Assembly: GCA_949358305.1 (NCBI GenBank)
Contig: OX442314.1
Coordinates: forward strand, 2,914,001 to 2,978,000
Direction of reading: 5' to 3'
DNA from: Strigamia acuminata
Taxonomy: Eukaryota
DNA: 64,000 nt
Shown: positions 11,597 to 26,280 of the stretch, one piece after another
How positions within the stretch are numbered: the stretch's first letter is position 1
How the letters are laid out: each line of letters starts with the position of its first letter
The notes under the pieces: generated by a model
Told to the model about the DNA's origin: nothing
The model's database searches: none
Seen by the model: only the letters and a program-made list of their open reading frames with translations
Position numbers and translations under genes: made by a program

Positions 11597-13419
11597 ATGG
11601 CTGCAGCACGAACAACGAACGGTATTAGAAACATTTGGACAAGGCATACGCACCTCAAGGTAAGGAAAACACCGTTTTAGCACTTCTCGAGAGAGATACG
11701 AAACCGGTACTGTATATTTTTGCTCAAGAAAATGGTAAATAAAAAGTTAAATCCTATTTGGCACATTTTGTTTCGATCGGGGCCCCAAAAAATGGCTTTG
11801 AAATGACATGTTCGCAACATTTCTAAGCAAAACAAATGCATTTGCAGGCGGGCAAATGCATTTGCATGGGAAATAAATTTATTTTGAGCTTGGAAAAATG
11901 TGTTTTCACGCAAAATGATGCATTTGTATGTGAAATAATTTTATTTTGAGCTGAAAAAATGTGTTTTTACGCAAAACAAAGCATTTGCATGGAAAATAAT
12001 TTTATTTTGAGTTGAAAAAATAGTGTTTTCACGCAAAACAATGCATTTGTATGGGAAATAATTTTATTTTGAGCCGAAAAAAATGTGTTTTTATGCAAAA
12101 CAGTGCATTTGTATGGGAAATAATTTTATTTTGGGCCAAAAAAAATGTGTTTTTATGCAAAACAATGCATTTTCAGACAATTTCAAAATTAAAAAGTTGA
12201 AGAAATTTAAATCTTGTATTTGCATTTAGGAAGCCAGAGCCTGCGTCGCCTGACTCCGTACGAGAAACACTTTTTAGCCAAACGCCTCCCGTTGAACTTC
12301 CCCATCACCACCGCCATCAGGTTCGTGACGGACGACATCTACTGGCAAAAACGATGCCTCAACCTGTGGGAGATCTGCGACCTGACGCGCTACTACGGCT
12401 CCTGGAAAGTGATGTGTCTGCAACGCACCATCGAGCAGCTCATCGAGGAATACGTGTCGGACGGCGCCGAGGAACAGCTCAAACAGCTCAAATCGCTCAT
12501 CGTGGCCGCCAACAAATTCATCAAACGCCTCACCGTCGGCCACCTCAACGCCGTGTCCACCATCGACGAAGCCAAGCGATTGACGCAGGAAGAATACCGG
12601 CTGAGCTTCGAGTCCATCTTGGCCAACCTGCCGCACTTGGAGGAGCTCAGCGTGACGTATTGCCCGAACAAATGCGGCCAGGACTTCGACTGGTTCATGT
12701 CGCGACTCACGTACGACGAGGTCAAGTCGCTGAGCGCCGCCATCATGCCGTGCTACAACCTGCGCGTGTTTGAGCTGCACAAGAGCGAGCTGGACTGCGT
12801 CAAGATCAATTTGCTCATCCAGGGCTTGATGCATTTGCCGGCGCTCGAGTCGTTGCTGCTGCCGCACAACTTGATCGGCGACAAGGGCGCCTTTTGCATC
12901 GCCAAACTGCTCTCGTCGTCGCCGAAGCTCGCCCGCTTGAACCTCACGAACAATCAGATCGGGCCGGTCGGCGCCGAGGCGATCGCGTTTGTGCTCACAA
13001 AGAATAACTCGTTGAAGGAACTCGGGCTGCGACTGAATACGCTGCAGGAGAAGGGCTGCACGGCCCTGCTGCGCGCCATGGCCGTGAACAAGGGGCTGCA
13101 GAAGCTGAATTTGGCGTCGAACCAGATGGGGGAGAAGTCGGCCGAGATTGGCGGCCAAATACTCCGGTTTAATCGCACGCTCACGGAACTGGATTTCTCC
13201 TGCAATCTCGATATAGGAATGGTAATTGATTAATTTAAAAATTTAAAAATTATTAAATGTTTTTTTAACATTTCCAAGGTGGGTGGTGTGGACATTTTCG
13301 AAGGACTCGAGAAGAACAGCACGCTCGTCGAGATGGATTTGCGCTGGTGCAATTGCGGCCGCGAAACTGAATATTACGTTGATCAGCTTTTGAAGAACAA
13401 CCGCAATAAATGTCATTGA
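11597..13419 (+). CDS. TCTE1: TCTE1/DRC5-like gene, copy 4 (Ser variant)
   Basis: Same structure; ORF 12214-13233 intact. Confidence 0.88.
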
Positions 13420-15267
13420 AAAAAAAAAACACAAAGAAAGAAATAAAGAAAAATCAAAATTTGTCTCTCCAATTTTTCTGTGCATTTATTTGTTTCGTTT
13501 TTAGGCCAAAAAATTCACTTTAAGGCCAAAAAAACTCACTTTTAGGCAAAAAAAAACCTCACAAAAAATAAATTTTTAGACAAGTCTGAAAATGTATTTT
13601 TTTTTGTCTGAAAATCCATTTTTTTTTGTCTGAAAATGCATTTTTTTGTTGTCTGAAAATGCATTTTTTTTGTCTGAAAATGATTGTGCAATCACATTCT
13701 TACAATCAAAAATGCGTTTTGTAACAAACGTTACGTTACGTCACGTCACTTCACGGGCACGTTAGTTTAAGGGCACATTAGGTTAAGGGCACATTAGGTT
13801 AGGTTAAGGCCCGTTAGGTTAAGGGCACATTAGGTTAGGTCAAGGCACGTTAGGTTAAGGGCACGTTAGGTTAGGTTAAGGCACGTTAGGTTAGGTTAAG
13901 GCACGTTAGGTTAGGTTAAGGCACGTTAGGTTAAGGGCACATTGGGTTAGGTTAAGGCACGTTAGGTTAGGTTAAGGCACGTTAGGTTAAGGGCACATTA
14001 GATTACGATTTTGTTCAAAAAGTCAAAATTTATCAAAAAAATTGATAATTTGGCCGACATTTATCAAAAAAATTGATAATTCGGCCGACATTTATCAAAA
14101 AAATTGATAATTCGGCCGACATTTATCAAAAAAATTTTGAATTTGGTCAAAATTTATTTATTTATTCCAAAAACTGAGTATTTGGTCAAAATTTATTTAT
14201 TCCAAAAATTGAGTATTTGGTCAAAATTTATGTATCAAAAAAATTTTGAATTTGGTCAAAATTTATTTATTCCAAAAAGTGAGTATTGGGTCAAAATTTA
14301 TTTATTCATTCAAAAAATTGAGAATTTGGTTAAAATTTATTTATTCATTCAAAAAATTGAGAATTTGGTCAAAATTTATTTATTTATTCATTCAAAAAAT
14401 TGAGAATTTGGTCAAAATTCGGAGGAAATTTACAAAACAGTTTAAAATTTACAAAAACCGTTTGAAATTTTATCAATGTCATCAAAAATCGCAATTCATC
14501 AAAATCTTATCTCAAACACTCGAAATTGAGCAATAAAATTGAGAATTTGGTCAAAATTAAACAAATTCGGAAAAAATTTGCAAAAACCGTTTGAAATTCG
14601 TTCGCAATTCATCCAAAAAATGAAGAATTTGGTCTCAAATTTGAGGAATAATTATTCGAAAATTCAAAGAAATTGAGAATGTGGTCAAATATTACTCAAA
14701 AATAATCAAAACAACATTCAAATTCAAATTCAAGTTGGTGTTTATTAACAGTCAATACAACTTAACCGACGGCAGAATTCACTCGTTGTTTCAAACCAAT
14801 TCAAAGTACAATCCGATTCGTTCGTTGAAATCACGAAATTCGACAAAATGGCTCCTCGCCTCGCCTCGCCTCGCCTCGCCTCGCTCGAGCTCTTCACCCG
14901 ATCAGCTCATATCATGTAATGGCACCATCCTGTGCTCACAACAACCTTAAATACACTACACTATATATACCTAGGTAAATACAGACCTATACTTATGTAA
15001 TAATATACACTTTTATACCTAACTACAAAAAAGTAGGCTTAACAACAACATGCATTTCAATGGGAATCTGGGAACAAGTAGCGAATATGACGTCGAAAAT
15101 TGCGCTCCATCATCCGAGATCATCACCTCAGCTTTGAGAATAACTAACAGCTAAAATCGTTGAAATTTTCAAATTTTCAAACTCTATCAGCCAATAGGAC
15201 GAACGTTTCTAATTCCAACTTTCCTCTCTCGCCTACAACCGATCGACCGCAAATCAAGAAAATCGCC

Positions 15268-17090
15268 ATGGCTGCAGCACGAACAACGAACGGTATTAGA
15301 AACATTTGGACAAGGCATACGCACCTCAAGGTAAGGAAAACACCGTTTTAGCACTTCTCGAGAGAGATACGAAACCGGTACTGTATATTTTTGCTCAAGA
15401 AAATGGTAAATAAAAAGTTAAATCCTATTTGGCACATTTTGTTTCGATCGGGGCCCCAAAAAATGGCTTTGAAATGACATGTTCGCAACATTTCTAAGCA
15501 AAACAAATGCATTTGCAGGCGGGCAAATGCATTTGCATGGGAAATAAATTTATTTTGAGCTTGGAAAAATGTGTTTTCACGCAAAATGATGCATTTGTAT
15601 GTGAAATAATTTTATTTTGAGCTGAAAAAATGTGTTTTTACGCAAAACAAAGCATTTGCATGGAAAATAATTTTATTTTGAGTTGAAAAAATAGTGTTTT
15701 CACGCAAAACAATGCATTTGTATGGGAAATAATTTTATTTTGAGCCGAAAAAAATGTGTTTTTATGCAAAACAGTGCATTTGTATGGGAAATAATTTTAT
15801 TTTGGGCCAAAAAAAATGTGTTTTTATGCAAAACAATGCATTTTCAGACAATTTCAAAATTAAAAAGTTGAAGAAATTTAAATCTTGTATTTGCATTTAG
15901 GAAGCCAGAGCCTGCGTCGCCTGACTCCGTACGAGAAACACTTTTTAGCCAAACGCCTCCCGTTGAACTTCCCCATCACCACCGCCATCAGGTTCGTGAC
16001 GGACGACATCTACTGGCAAAAACGATGCCTCAACCTGTGGGAGATCTGCGACTTGACGCGCTACTACGGCTCCTGGAAAGTGATGTGTCTGCAACGCACC
16101 ATCGAGCAGCTCATCGAGGAATACGTGCCGGACGGCGCCGAGGAACAGCTCAAACAGCTCAAATCGCTCATCGTGGCCGCCAACAAATTCATCAAACGCC
16201 TCACCGTCGGCCACCTCAACGCCGTGTCCACCATCGACGAAGCCAAGCGATTGACGCAGGAAGAATACCGGCTGAGCTTCGAGTCCATCTTGGCCAACCT
16301 GCCGCACTTGGAGGAGCTCAGCGTGACGTATTGCCCGAACAAATGCGGCCAGGACTTCGACTGGTTCATGTCGCGACTCACGTACGACGAGGTCAAGTCG
16401 CTGAGCGCCGCCATCATGCCGTGCTACAACCTGCGCGTGTTTGAGCTGCACAAGAGCGAGCTGGACTGCGTCAAGATCAATTTGCTCATCCAGGGCTTGA
16501 TGCATTTGCCGGCGCTCGAGTCGTTGCTGCTGCCGCACAACTTGATCGGCGACAAGGGCGCCTTTTGCATCGCCAAACTGCTCTCGTCGTCGCCGAAGCT
16601 CGCCCGCTTGAACCTCACGAACAATCAGATCGGGCCGGTCGGCGCCGAGGCGATCGCGTTTGTGCTCACAAAGAATAACTCGTTGAAGGAACTCGGGCTG
16701 CGACTGAATACGCTGCAGGAGAAGGGCTGCACGGCCCTGCTGCGCGCCATGGCCGTGAACAAGGGGCTGCAGAAGCTGAATTTGGCGTCGAACCAGATGG
16801 GGGAGAAGTCGGCCGAGATTGGCGGCCAAATACTCCGGTTTAATCGCACGCTCACGGAACTGGATTTCTCCTGCAATCTCGATATAGGAATGGTAATTGA
16901 TTAATTTAAAAATTTAAAAATTATTAAATGTTTTTTTAACATTTCCAAGGTGGGTGGTGTGGACATTTTCGAAGGACTCGAGAAGAACAGCACGCTCGTC
17001 GAGATGGATTTGCGCTGGTGCAATTGCGGCCGCGAAACTGAATATTACGTTGATCAGCTTTTGAAGAACAACCGCAATAAATGTCATTGA
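15268..17090 (+). CDS. TCTE1: TCTE1/DRC5-like gene, copy 5 (Pro variant)
   Basis: Same structure; ORF 15885-16904 intact. Confidence 0.88.
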
Positions 17091-18938
17091 AAAAAAAAAA
17101 CACAAAGAAAGAAATAAAGAAAAATCAAAATTTGTCTCTCCAATTTTTCTGTGCATTTATTTGTTTCGTTTTTAGGCCAAAAAATTCACTTTAAGGCCAA
17201 AAAAACTCACTTTTAGGCAAAAAAAAACCTCACAAAAAATAAATTTTTAGACAAGTCTGAAAATGTATTTTTTTTTGTCTGAAAATCCATTTTTTTTTGT
17301 CTGAAAATGCATTTTTTTGTTGTCTGAAAATGCATTTTTTTTGTCTGAAAATGATTGTGCAATCACATTCTTACAATCAAAAATGCGTTTTGTAACAAAC
17401 GTTACGTTACGTCACGTCACTTCACGGGCACGTTAGTTTAAGGGCACATTAGGTTAAGGGCACATTAGGTTAGGTTAAGGCCCGTTAGGTTAAGGGCACA
17501 TTAGGTTAGGTCAAGGCACGTTAGGTTAAGGGCACGTTAGGTTAGGTTAAGGCACGTTAGGTTAGGTTAAGGCACGTTAGGTTAGGTTAAGGCACGTTAG
17601 GTTAAGGGCACATTGGGTTAGGTTAAGGCACGTTAGGTTAGGTTAAGGCACGTTAGGTTAAGGGCACATTAGATTACGATTTTGTTCAAAAAGTCAAAAT
17701 TTATCAAAAAAATTGATAATTTGGCCGACATTTATCAAAAAAATTGATAATTCGGCCGACATTTATCAAAAAAATTGATAATTCGGCCGACATTTATCAA
17801 AAAAATTTTGAATTTGGTCAAAATTTATTTATTTATTCCAAAAACTGAGTATTTGGTCAAAATTTATTTATTCCAAAAATTGAGTATTTGGTCAAAATTT
17901 ATGTATCAAAAAAATTTTGAATTTGGTCAAAATTTATTTATTCCAAAAAGTGAGTATTGGGTCAAAATTTATTTATTCATTCAAAAAATTGAGAATTTGG
18001 TTAAAATTTATTTATTCATTCAAAAAATTGAGAATTTGGTCAAAATTTATTTATTTATTCATTCAAAAAATTGAGAATTTGGTCAAAATTCGGAGGAAAT
18101 TTACAAAACAGTTTAAAATTTACAAAAACCGTTTGAAATTTTATCAATGTCATCAAAAATCGCAATTCATCAAAATCTTATCTCAAACACTCGAAATTGA
18201 GCAATAAAATTGAGAATTTGGTCAAAATTAAACAAATTCGGAAAAAATTTGCAAAAACCGTTTGAAATTCGTTCGCAATTCATCCAAAAAATGAAGAATT
18301 TGGTCTCAAATTTGAGGAATAATTATTCGAAAATTCAAAGAAATTGAGAATGTGGTCAAATATTACTCAAAAATAATCAAAACAACATTCAAATTCAAAT
18401 TCAAGTTGGTGTTTATTAACAGTCAATACAACTTAACCGACGGCAGAATTCACTCGTTGTTTCAAACCAATTCAAAGTACAATCCGATTCGTTCGTTGAA
18501 ATCACGAAATTCGACAAAATGGCTCCTCGCCTCGCCTCGCCTCGCCTCGCCTCGCTCGAGCTCTTCACCCGATCAGCTCATATCATGTAATGGCACCATC
18601 CTGTGCTCACAACAACCTTAAATACACTACACTATATATACCTAGGTAAATACAGACCTATACTTATGTAATAATATACACTTTTATACCTAACTACAAA
18701 AAAGTAGGCTTAACAACAACATGCATTTCAATGGGAATCTGGGAACAAGTAGCGAATATGACGTCGAAAATTGCGCTCCATCATCCGAGATCATCACCTC
18801 AGCTTTGAGAATAACTAACAGCTAAAATCGTTGAAATTTTCAAATTTTCAAACTCTATCAGCCAATAGGACGAACGTTTCTAATTCCAACTTTCCTCTCT
18901 CGCCTACAACCGATCGACCGCAAATCAAGAAAATCGCC

Positions 18939-20761
18939 ATGGCTGCAGCACGAACAACGAACGGTATTAGAAACATTTGGACAAGGCATACGCACCTCAA
19001 GGTAAGGAAAACACCGTTTTAGCACTTCTCGAGAGAGATACGAAACCGGTACTGTATATTTTTGCTCAAGAAAATGGTAAATAAAAAGTTAAATCCTATT
19101 TGGCACATTTTGTTTCGATCGGGGCCCCAAAAAATGGCTTTGAAATGACATGTTCGCAACATTTCTAAGCAAAACAAATGCATTTGCAGGCGGGCAAATG
19201 CATTTGCATGGGAAATAAATTTATTTTGAGCTTGGAAAAATGTGTTTTCACGCAAAATGATGCATTTGTATGTGAAATAATTTTATTTTGAGCTGAAAAA
19301 ATGTGTTTTTACGCAAAACAAAGCATTTGCATGGAAAATAATTTTATTTTGAGTTGAAAAAATAGTGTTTTCACGCAAAACAATGCATTTGTATGGGAAA
19401 TAATTTTATTTTGAGCCGAAAAAAATGTGTTTTTATGCAAAACAGTGCATTTGTATGGGAAATAATTTTATTTTGGGCCAAAAAAAATGTGTTTTTATGC
19501 AAAACAATGCATTTTCAGACAATTTCAAAATTAAAAAGTTGAAGAAATTTAAATCTTGTATTTGCATTTAGGAAGCCAGAGCCTGCGTCGCCTGACTCCG
19601 TACGAGAAACACTTTTTAGCCAAACGCCTCCCGTTGAACTTCCCCATCACCACCGCCATCAGGTTCGTGACGGACGACATCTACTGGCAAAAACGATGCC
19701 TCAACCTGTGGGAGATCTGCGACTTGACGCGCTACTACGGCTCCTGGAAAGTGATGTGTCTGCAACGCACCATCGAGCAGCTCATCGAGGAATACGTGCC
19801 GGACGGCGCCGAGGAACAGCTCAAACAGCTCAAATCGCTCATCGTGGCCGCCAACAAATTCATCAAACGCCTCACCGTCGGCCACCTCAACGCCGTGTCC
19901 ACCATCGACGAAGCCAAGCGATTGACGCAGGAAGAATACCGGCTGAGCTTCGAGTCCATCTTGGCCAACCTGCCGCACTTGGAGGAGCTCAGCGTGACGT
20001 ATTGCCCGAACAAATGCGGCCAGGACTTCGACTGGTTCATGTCGCGACTCACGTACGACGAGGTCAAGTCGCTGAGCGCCGCCATCATGCCGTGCTACAA
20101 CCTGCGCGTGTTTGAGCTGCACAAGAGCGAGCTGGACTGCGTCAAGATCAATTTGCTCATCCAGGGCTTGATGCATTTGCCGGCGCTCGAGTCGTTGCTG
20201 CTGCCGCACAACTTGATCGGCGACAAGGGCGCCTTTTGCATCGCCAAACTGCTCTCGTCGTCGCCGAAGCTCGCCCGCTTGAACCTCACGAACAATCAGA
20301 TCGGGCCGGTCGGCGCCGAGGCGATCGCGTTTGTGCTCACAAAGAATAACTCGTTGAAGGAACTCGGGCTGCGACTGAATACGCTGCAGGAGAAGGGCTG
20401 CACGGCCCTGCTGCGCGCCATGGCCGTGAACAAGGGGCTGCAGAAGCTGAATTTGGCGTCGAACCAGATGGGGGAGAAGTCGGCCGAGATTGGCGGCCAA
20501 ATACTCCGGTTTAATCGCACGCTCACGGAACTGGATTTCTCCTGCAATCTCGATATAGGAATGGTAATTGATTAATTTAAAAATTTAAAAATTATTAAAT
20601 GTTTTTTTAACATTTCCAAGGTGGGTGGTGTGGACATTTTCGAAGGACTCGAGAAGAACAGCACGCTCGTCGAGATGGATTTGCGCTGGTGCAATTGCGG
20701 CCGCGAAACTGAATATTACGTTGATCAGCTTTTGAAGAACAACCGCAATAAATGTCATTGA
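18939..20761 (+). CDS. TCTE1: TCTE1/DRC5-like gene, copy 6 (Pro variant)
   Basis: Same structure; ORF 19556-20575 intact. Confidence 0.88.
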
Positions 20762-22609
20762 AAAAAAAAAACACAAAGAAAGAAATAAAGAAAAATCAAA
20801 ATTTGTCTCTCCAATTTTTCTGTGCATTTATTTGTTTCGTTTTTAGGCCAAAAAATTCACTTTAAGGCCAAAAAAACTCACTTTTAGGCAAAAAAAAACC
20901 TCACAAAAAATAAATTTTTAGACAAGTCTGAAAATGTATTTTTTTTTGTCTGAAAATCCATTTTTTTTTGTCTGAAAATGCATTTTTTTGTTGTCTGAAA
21001 ATGCATTTTTTTTGTCTGAAAATGATTGTGCAATCACATTCTTACAATCAAAAATGCGTTTTGTAACAAACGTTACGTTACGTCACGTCACTTCACGGGC
21101 ACGTTAGTTTAAGGGCACATTAGGTTAAGGGCACATTAGGTTAGGTTAAGGCCCGTTAGGTTAAGGGCACATTAGGTTAGGTCAAGGCACGTTAGGTTAA
21201 GGGCACGTTAGGTTAGGTTAAGGCACGTTAGGTTAGGTTAAGGCACGTTAGGTTAGGTTAAGGCACGTTAGGTTAAGGGCACATTGGGTTAGGTTAAGGC
21301 ACGTTAGGTTAGGTTAAGGCACGTTAGGTTAAGGGCACATTAGATTACGATTTTGTTCAAAAAGTCAAAATTTATCAAAAAAATTGATAATTTGGCCGAC
21401 ATTTATCAAAAAAATTGATAATTCGGCCGACATTTATCAAAAAAATTGATAATTCGGCCGACATTTATCAAAAAAATTTTGAATTTGGTCAAAATTTATT
21501 TATTTATTCCAAAAACTGAGTATTTGGTCAAAATTTATTTATTCCAAAAATTGAGTATTTGGTCAAAATTTATGTATCAAAAAAATTTTGAATTTGGTCA
21601 AAATTTATTTATTCCAAAAAGTGAGTATTGGGTCAAAATTTATTTATTCATTCAAAAAATTGAGAATTTGGTTAAAATTTATTTATTCATTCAAAAAATT
21701 GAGAATTTGGTCAAAATTTATTTATTTATTCATTCAAAAAATTGAGAATTTGGTCAAAATTCGGAGGAAATTTACAAAACAGTTTAAAATTTACAAAAAC
21801 CGTTTGAAATTTTATCAATGTCATCAAAAATCGCAATTCATCAAAATCTTATCTCAAACACTCGAAATTGAGCAATAAAATTGAGAATTTGGTCAAAATT
21901 AAACAAATTCGGAAAAAATTTGCAAAAACCGTTTGAAATTCGTTCGCAATTCATCCAAAAAATGAAGAATTTGGTCTCAAATTTGAGGAATAATTATTCG
22001 AAAATTCAAAGAAATTGAGAATGTGGTCAAATATTACTCAAAAATAATCAAAACAACATTCAAATTCAAATTCAAGTTGGTGTTTATTAACAGTCAATAC
22101 AACTTAACCGACGGCAGAATTCACTCGTTGTTTCAAACCAATTCAAAGTACAATCCGATTCGTTCGTTGAAATCACGAAATTCGACAAAATGGCTCCTCG
22201 CCTCGCCTCGCCTCGCCTCGCCTCGCTCGAGCTCTTCACCCGATCAGCTCATATCATGTAATGGCACCATCCTGTGCTCACAACAACCTTAAATACACTA
22301 CACTATATATACCTAGGTAAATACAGACCTATACTTATGTAATAATATACACTTTTATACCTAACTACAAAAAAGTAGGCTTAACAACAACATGCATTTC
22401 AATGGGAATCTGGGAACAAGTAGCGAATATGACGTCGAAAATTGCGCTCCATCATCCGAGATCATCACCTCAGCTTTGAGAATAACTAACAGCTAAAATC
22501 GTTGAAATTTTCAAATTTTCAAACTCTATCAGCCAATAGGACGAACGTTTCTAATTCCAACTTTCCTCTCTCGCCTACAACCGATCGACCGCAAATCAAG
22601 AAAATCGCC

Positions 22610-24432
22610 ATGGCTGCAGCACGAACAACGAACGGTATTAGAAACATTTGGACAAGGCATACGCACCTCAAGGTAAGGAAAACACCGTTTTAGCACTTCT
22701 CGAGAGAGATACGAAACCGGTACTGTATATTTTTGCTCAAGAAAATGGTAAATAAAAAGTTAAATCCTATTTGGCACATTTTGTTTCGATCGGGGCCCCA
22801 AAAAATGGCTTTGAAATGACATGTTCGCAACATTTCTAAGCAAAACAAATGCATTTGCAGGCGGGCAAATGCATTTGCATGGGAAATAAATTTATTTTGA
22901 GCTTGGAAAAATGTGTTTTCACGCAAAATGATGCATTTGTATGTGAAATAATTTTATTTTGAGCTGAAAAAATGTGTTTTTACGCAAAACAAAGCATTTG
23001 CATGGAAAATAATTTTATTTTGAGTTGAAAAAATAGTGTTTTCACGCAAAACAATGCATTTGTATGGGAAATAATTTTATTTTGAGCCGAAAAAAATGTG
23101 TTTTTATGCAAAACAGTGCATTTGTATGGGAAATAATTTTATTTTGGGCCAAAAAAAATGTGTTTTTATGCAAAACAATGCATTTTCAGACAATTTCAAA
23201 ATTAAAAAGTTGAAGAAATTTAAATCTTGTATTTGCATTTAGGAAGCCAGAGCCTGCGTCGCCTGACTCCGTACGAGAAACACTTTTTAGCCAAACGCCT
23301 CCCGTTGAACTTCCCCATCACCACCGCCATCAGGTTCGTGACGGACGACATCTACTGGCAAAAACGATGCCTCAACCTGTGGGAGATCTGCGACTTGACG
23401 CGCTACTACGGCTCCTGGAAAGTGATGTGTCTGCAACGCACCATCGAGCAGCTCATCGAGGAATACGTGCCGGACGGCGCCGAGGAACAGCTCAAACAGC
23501 TCAAATCGCTCATCGTGGCCGCCAACAAATTCATCAAACGCCTCACCGTCGGCCACCTCAACGCCGTGTCCACCATCGACGAAGCCAAGCGATTGACGCA
23601 GGAAGAATACCGGCTGAGCTTCGAGTCCATCTTGGCCAACCTGCCGCACTTGGAGGAGCTCAGCGTGACGTATTGCCCGAACAAATGCGGCCAGGACTTC
23701 GACTGGTTCATGTCGCGACTCACGTACGACGAGGTCAAGTCGCTGAGCGCCGCCATCATGCCGTGCTACAACCTGCGCGTGTTTGAGCTGCACAAGAGCG
23801 AGCTGGACTGCGTCAAGATCAATTTGCTCATCCAGGGCTTGATGCATTTGCCGGCGCTCGAGTCGTTGCTGCTGCCGCACAACTTGATCGGCGACAAGGG
23901 CGCCTTTTGCATCGCCAAACTGCTCTCGTCGTCGCCGAAGCTCGCCCGCTTGAACCTCACGAACAATCAGATCGGGCCGGTCGGCGCCGAGGCGATCGCG
24001 TTTGTGCTCACAAAGAATAACTCGTTGAAGGAACTCGGGCTGCGACTGAATACGCTGCAGGAGAAGGGCTGCACGGCCCTGCTGCGCGCCATGGCCGTGA
24101 ACAAGGGGCTGCAGAAGCTGAATTTGGCGTCGAACCAGATGGGGGAGAAGTCGGCCGAGATTGGCGGCCAAATACTCCGGTTTAATCGCACGCTCACGGA
24201 ACTGGATTTCTCCTGCAATCTCGATATAGGAATGGTAATTGATTAATTTAAAAATTTAAAAATTATTAAATGTTTTTTTAACATTTCCAAGGTGGGTGGT
24301 GTGGACATTTTCGAAGGACTCGAGAAGAACAGCACGCTCGTCGAGATGGATTTGCGCTGGTGCAATTGCGGCCGCGAAACTGAATATTACGTTGATCAGC
24401 TTTTGAAGAACAACCGCAATAAATGTCATTGA
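22610..24432 (+). CDS. TCTE1: TCTE1/DRC5-like gene, copy 7 (Pro variant)
   Basis: Same structure; ORF 23227-24246 intact. Confidence 0.88.
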
Positions 24433-26280
24433 AAAAAAAAAACACAAAGAAAGAAATAAAGAAAAATCAAAATTTGTCTCTCCAATTTTTCTGTGCATTT
24501 ATTTGTTTCGTTTTTAGGCCAAAAAATTCACTTTAAGGCCAAAAAAACTCACTTTTAGGCAAAAAAAAACCTCACAAAAAATAAATTTTTAGACAAGTCT
24601 AAAGATATGTCTGAAATGTATTTTTTTTTGTCTGAAAATGCATTTTTTTGTTGTCTGAAAATGCATTTTTTTTGTCTGAAAATGATTGTGCAATCACATT
24701 CTTACAATCAAAAATGCGTTTTGTAACAAACGTTACGTTACGTCACGTCACTTCACGGGCACGTTAGTTTAAGGGCACATTAGGTTAAGGGCACATTAGG
24801 TTAGGTTAAGGCCCGTTAGGTTAAGGGCACATTAGGTTAGGTCAAGGCACGTTAGGTTAAGGGCACGTTAGGTTAGGTTAAGGCACGTTAGGTTAGGTTA
24901 AGGCACGTTAGGTTAGGTTAAGGCACGTTAGGTTAAGGGCACATTGGGTTAGGTTAAGGCACGTTAGGTTAGGTTAAGGCACGTTAGGTTAAGGGCACAT
25001 TAGATTACGATTTTGTTCAAAAAGTCAAAATTTATCAAAAAAATTGATAATTTGGCCGACATTTATCAAAAAAATTGATAATTCGGCCGACATTTATCAA
25101 AAAAATTGATAATTCGGCCGACATTTATCAAAAAAATTTTGAATTTGGTCAAAATTTATTTATTTATTCCAAAAACTGAGTATTTGGTCAAAATTTATTT
25201 ATTCCAAAAATTGAGTATTTGGTCAAAATTTATGTATCAAAAAAATTTTGAATTTGGTCAAAATTTATTTATTCCAAAAAGTGAGTATTGGGTCAAAATT
25301 TATTTATTCATTCAAAAAATTGAGAATTTGGTTAAAATTTATTTATTCATTCAAAAAATTGAGAATTTGGTCAAAATTTATTTATTTATTCATTCAAAAA
25401 ATTGAGAATTTGGTCAAAATTCGGAGGAAATTTACAAAACAGTTTAAAATTTACAAAAACCGTTTGAAATTTTATCAATGTCATCAAAAATCGCAATTCA
25501 TCAAAATCTTATCTCAAACACTCGAAATTGAGCAATAAAATTGAGAATTTGGTCAAAATTAAACAAATTCGGAAAAAATTTGCAAAAACCGTTTGAAATT
25601 CGTTCGAAATTCGTTCGCAATTCATCCAAAAAATGAAGAATTTGGTCTCAAATTTGAGGAATAATTATTCGAAAATTCAAAGAAATTGAGAATGTGGTCA
25701 AATATTACTCAAAAATAATCAAAACAACATTCAAATTCAAATTCAAGTTGGTGTTTATTAACAGTCAATACAACTTAACCGACGGCAGAATTCACTCGTT
25801 GTTTCAAACCAATTCAAAGTACAATCCGATTCGTTCGTTGAAATCACGAAATTCGACAAAATGGCTCCTCGCCTCGCCTCGCCTCGCCTCGCCTCGCTCG
25901 AGCTCTTCACCCGATCAGCTCATATCATGTAATGGCACCATCCTGTGCTCACAACAACCTTAAATACACTACACTATATATACCTAGGTAAATACAGACC
26001 TATACTTATATAATAATATACACTTTTATACCTAACTACAAAAAAGTAGGCTTAACAACAACATGCATTTCAATGGGAATCTGGGAACAAGTAGCGAATA
26101 TGACGTCGAAAATTGCGCTCCATCATCCGAGATCATCACCTCAGCTTTGAGAATAACTAACAGCTAAAATCGTTGAAATTTTCAAATTTTCAAACTCTAT
26201 CAGCCAATAGGACGAACGTTTCTAATTCCAACTTTCCTCTCTCGCCTACAACCGATCGACCGCAAATCAAGAAAATCGCC

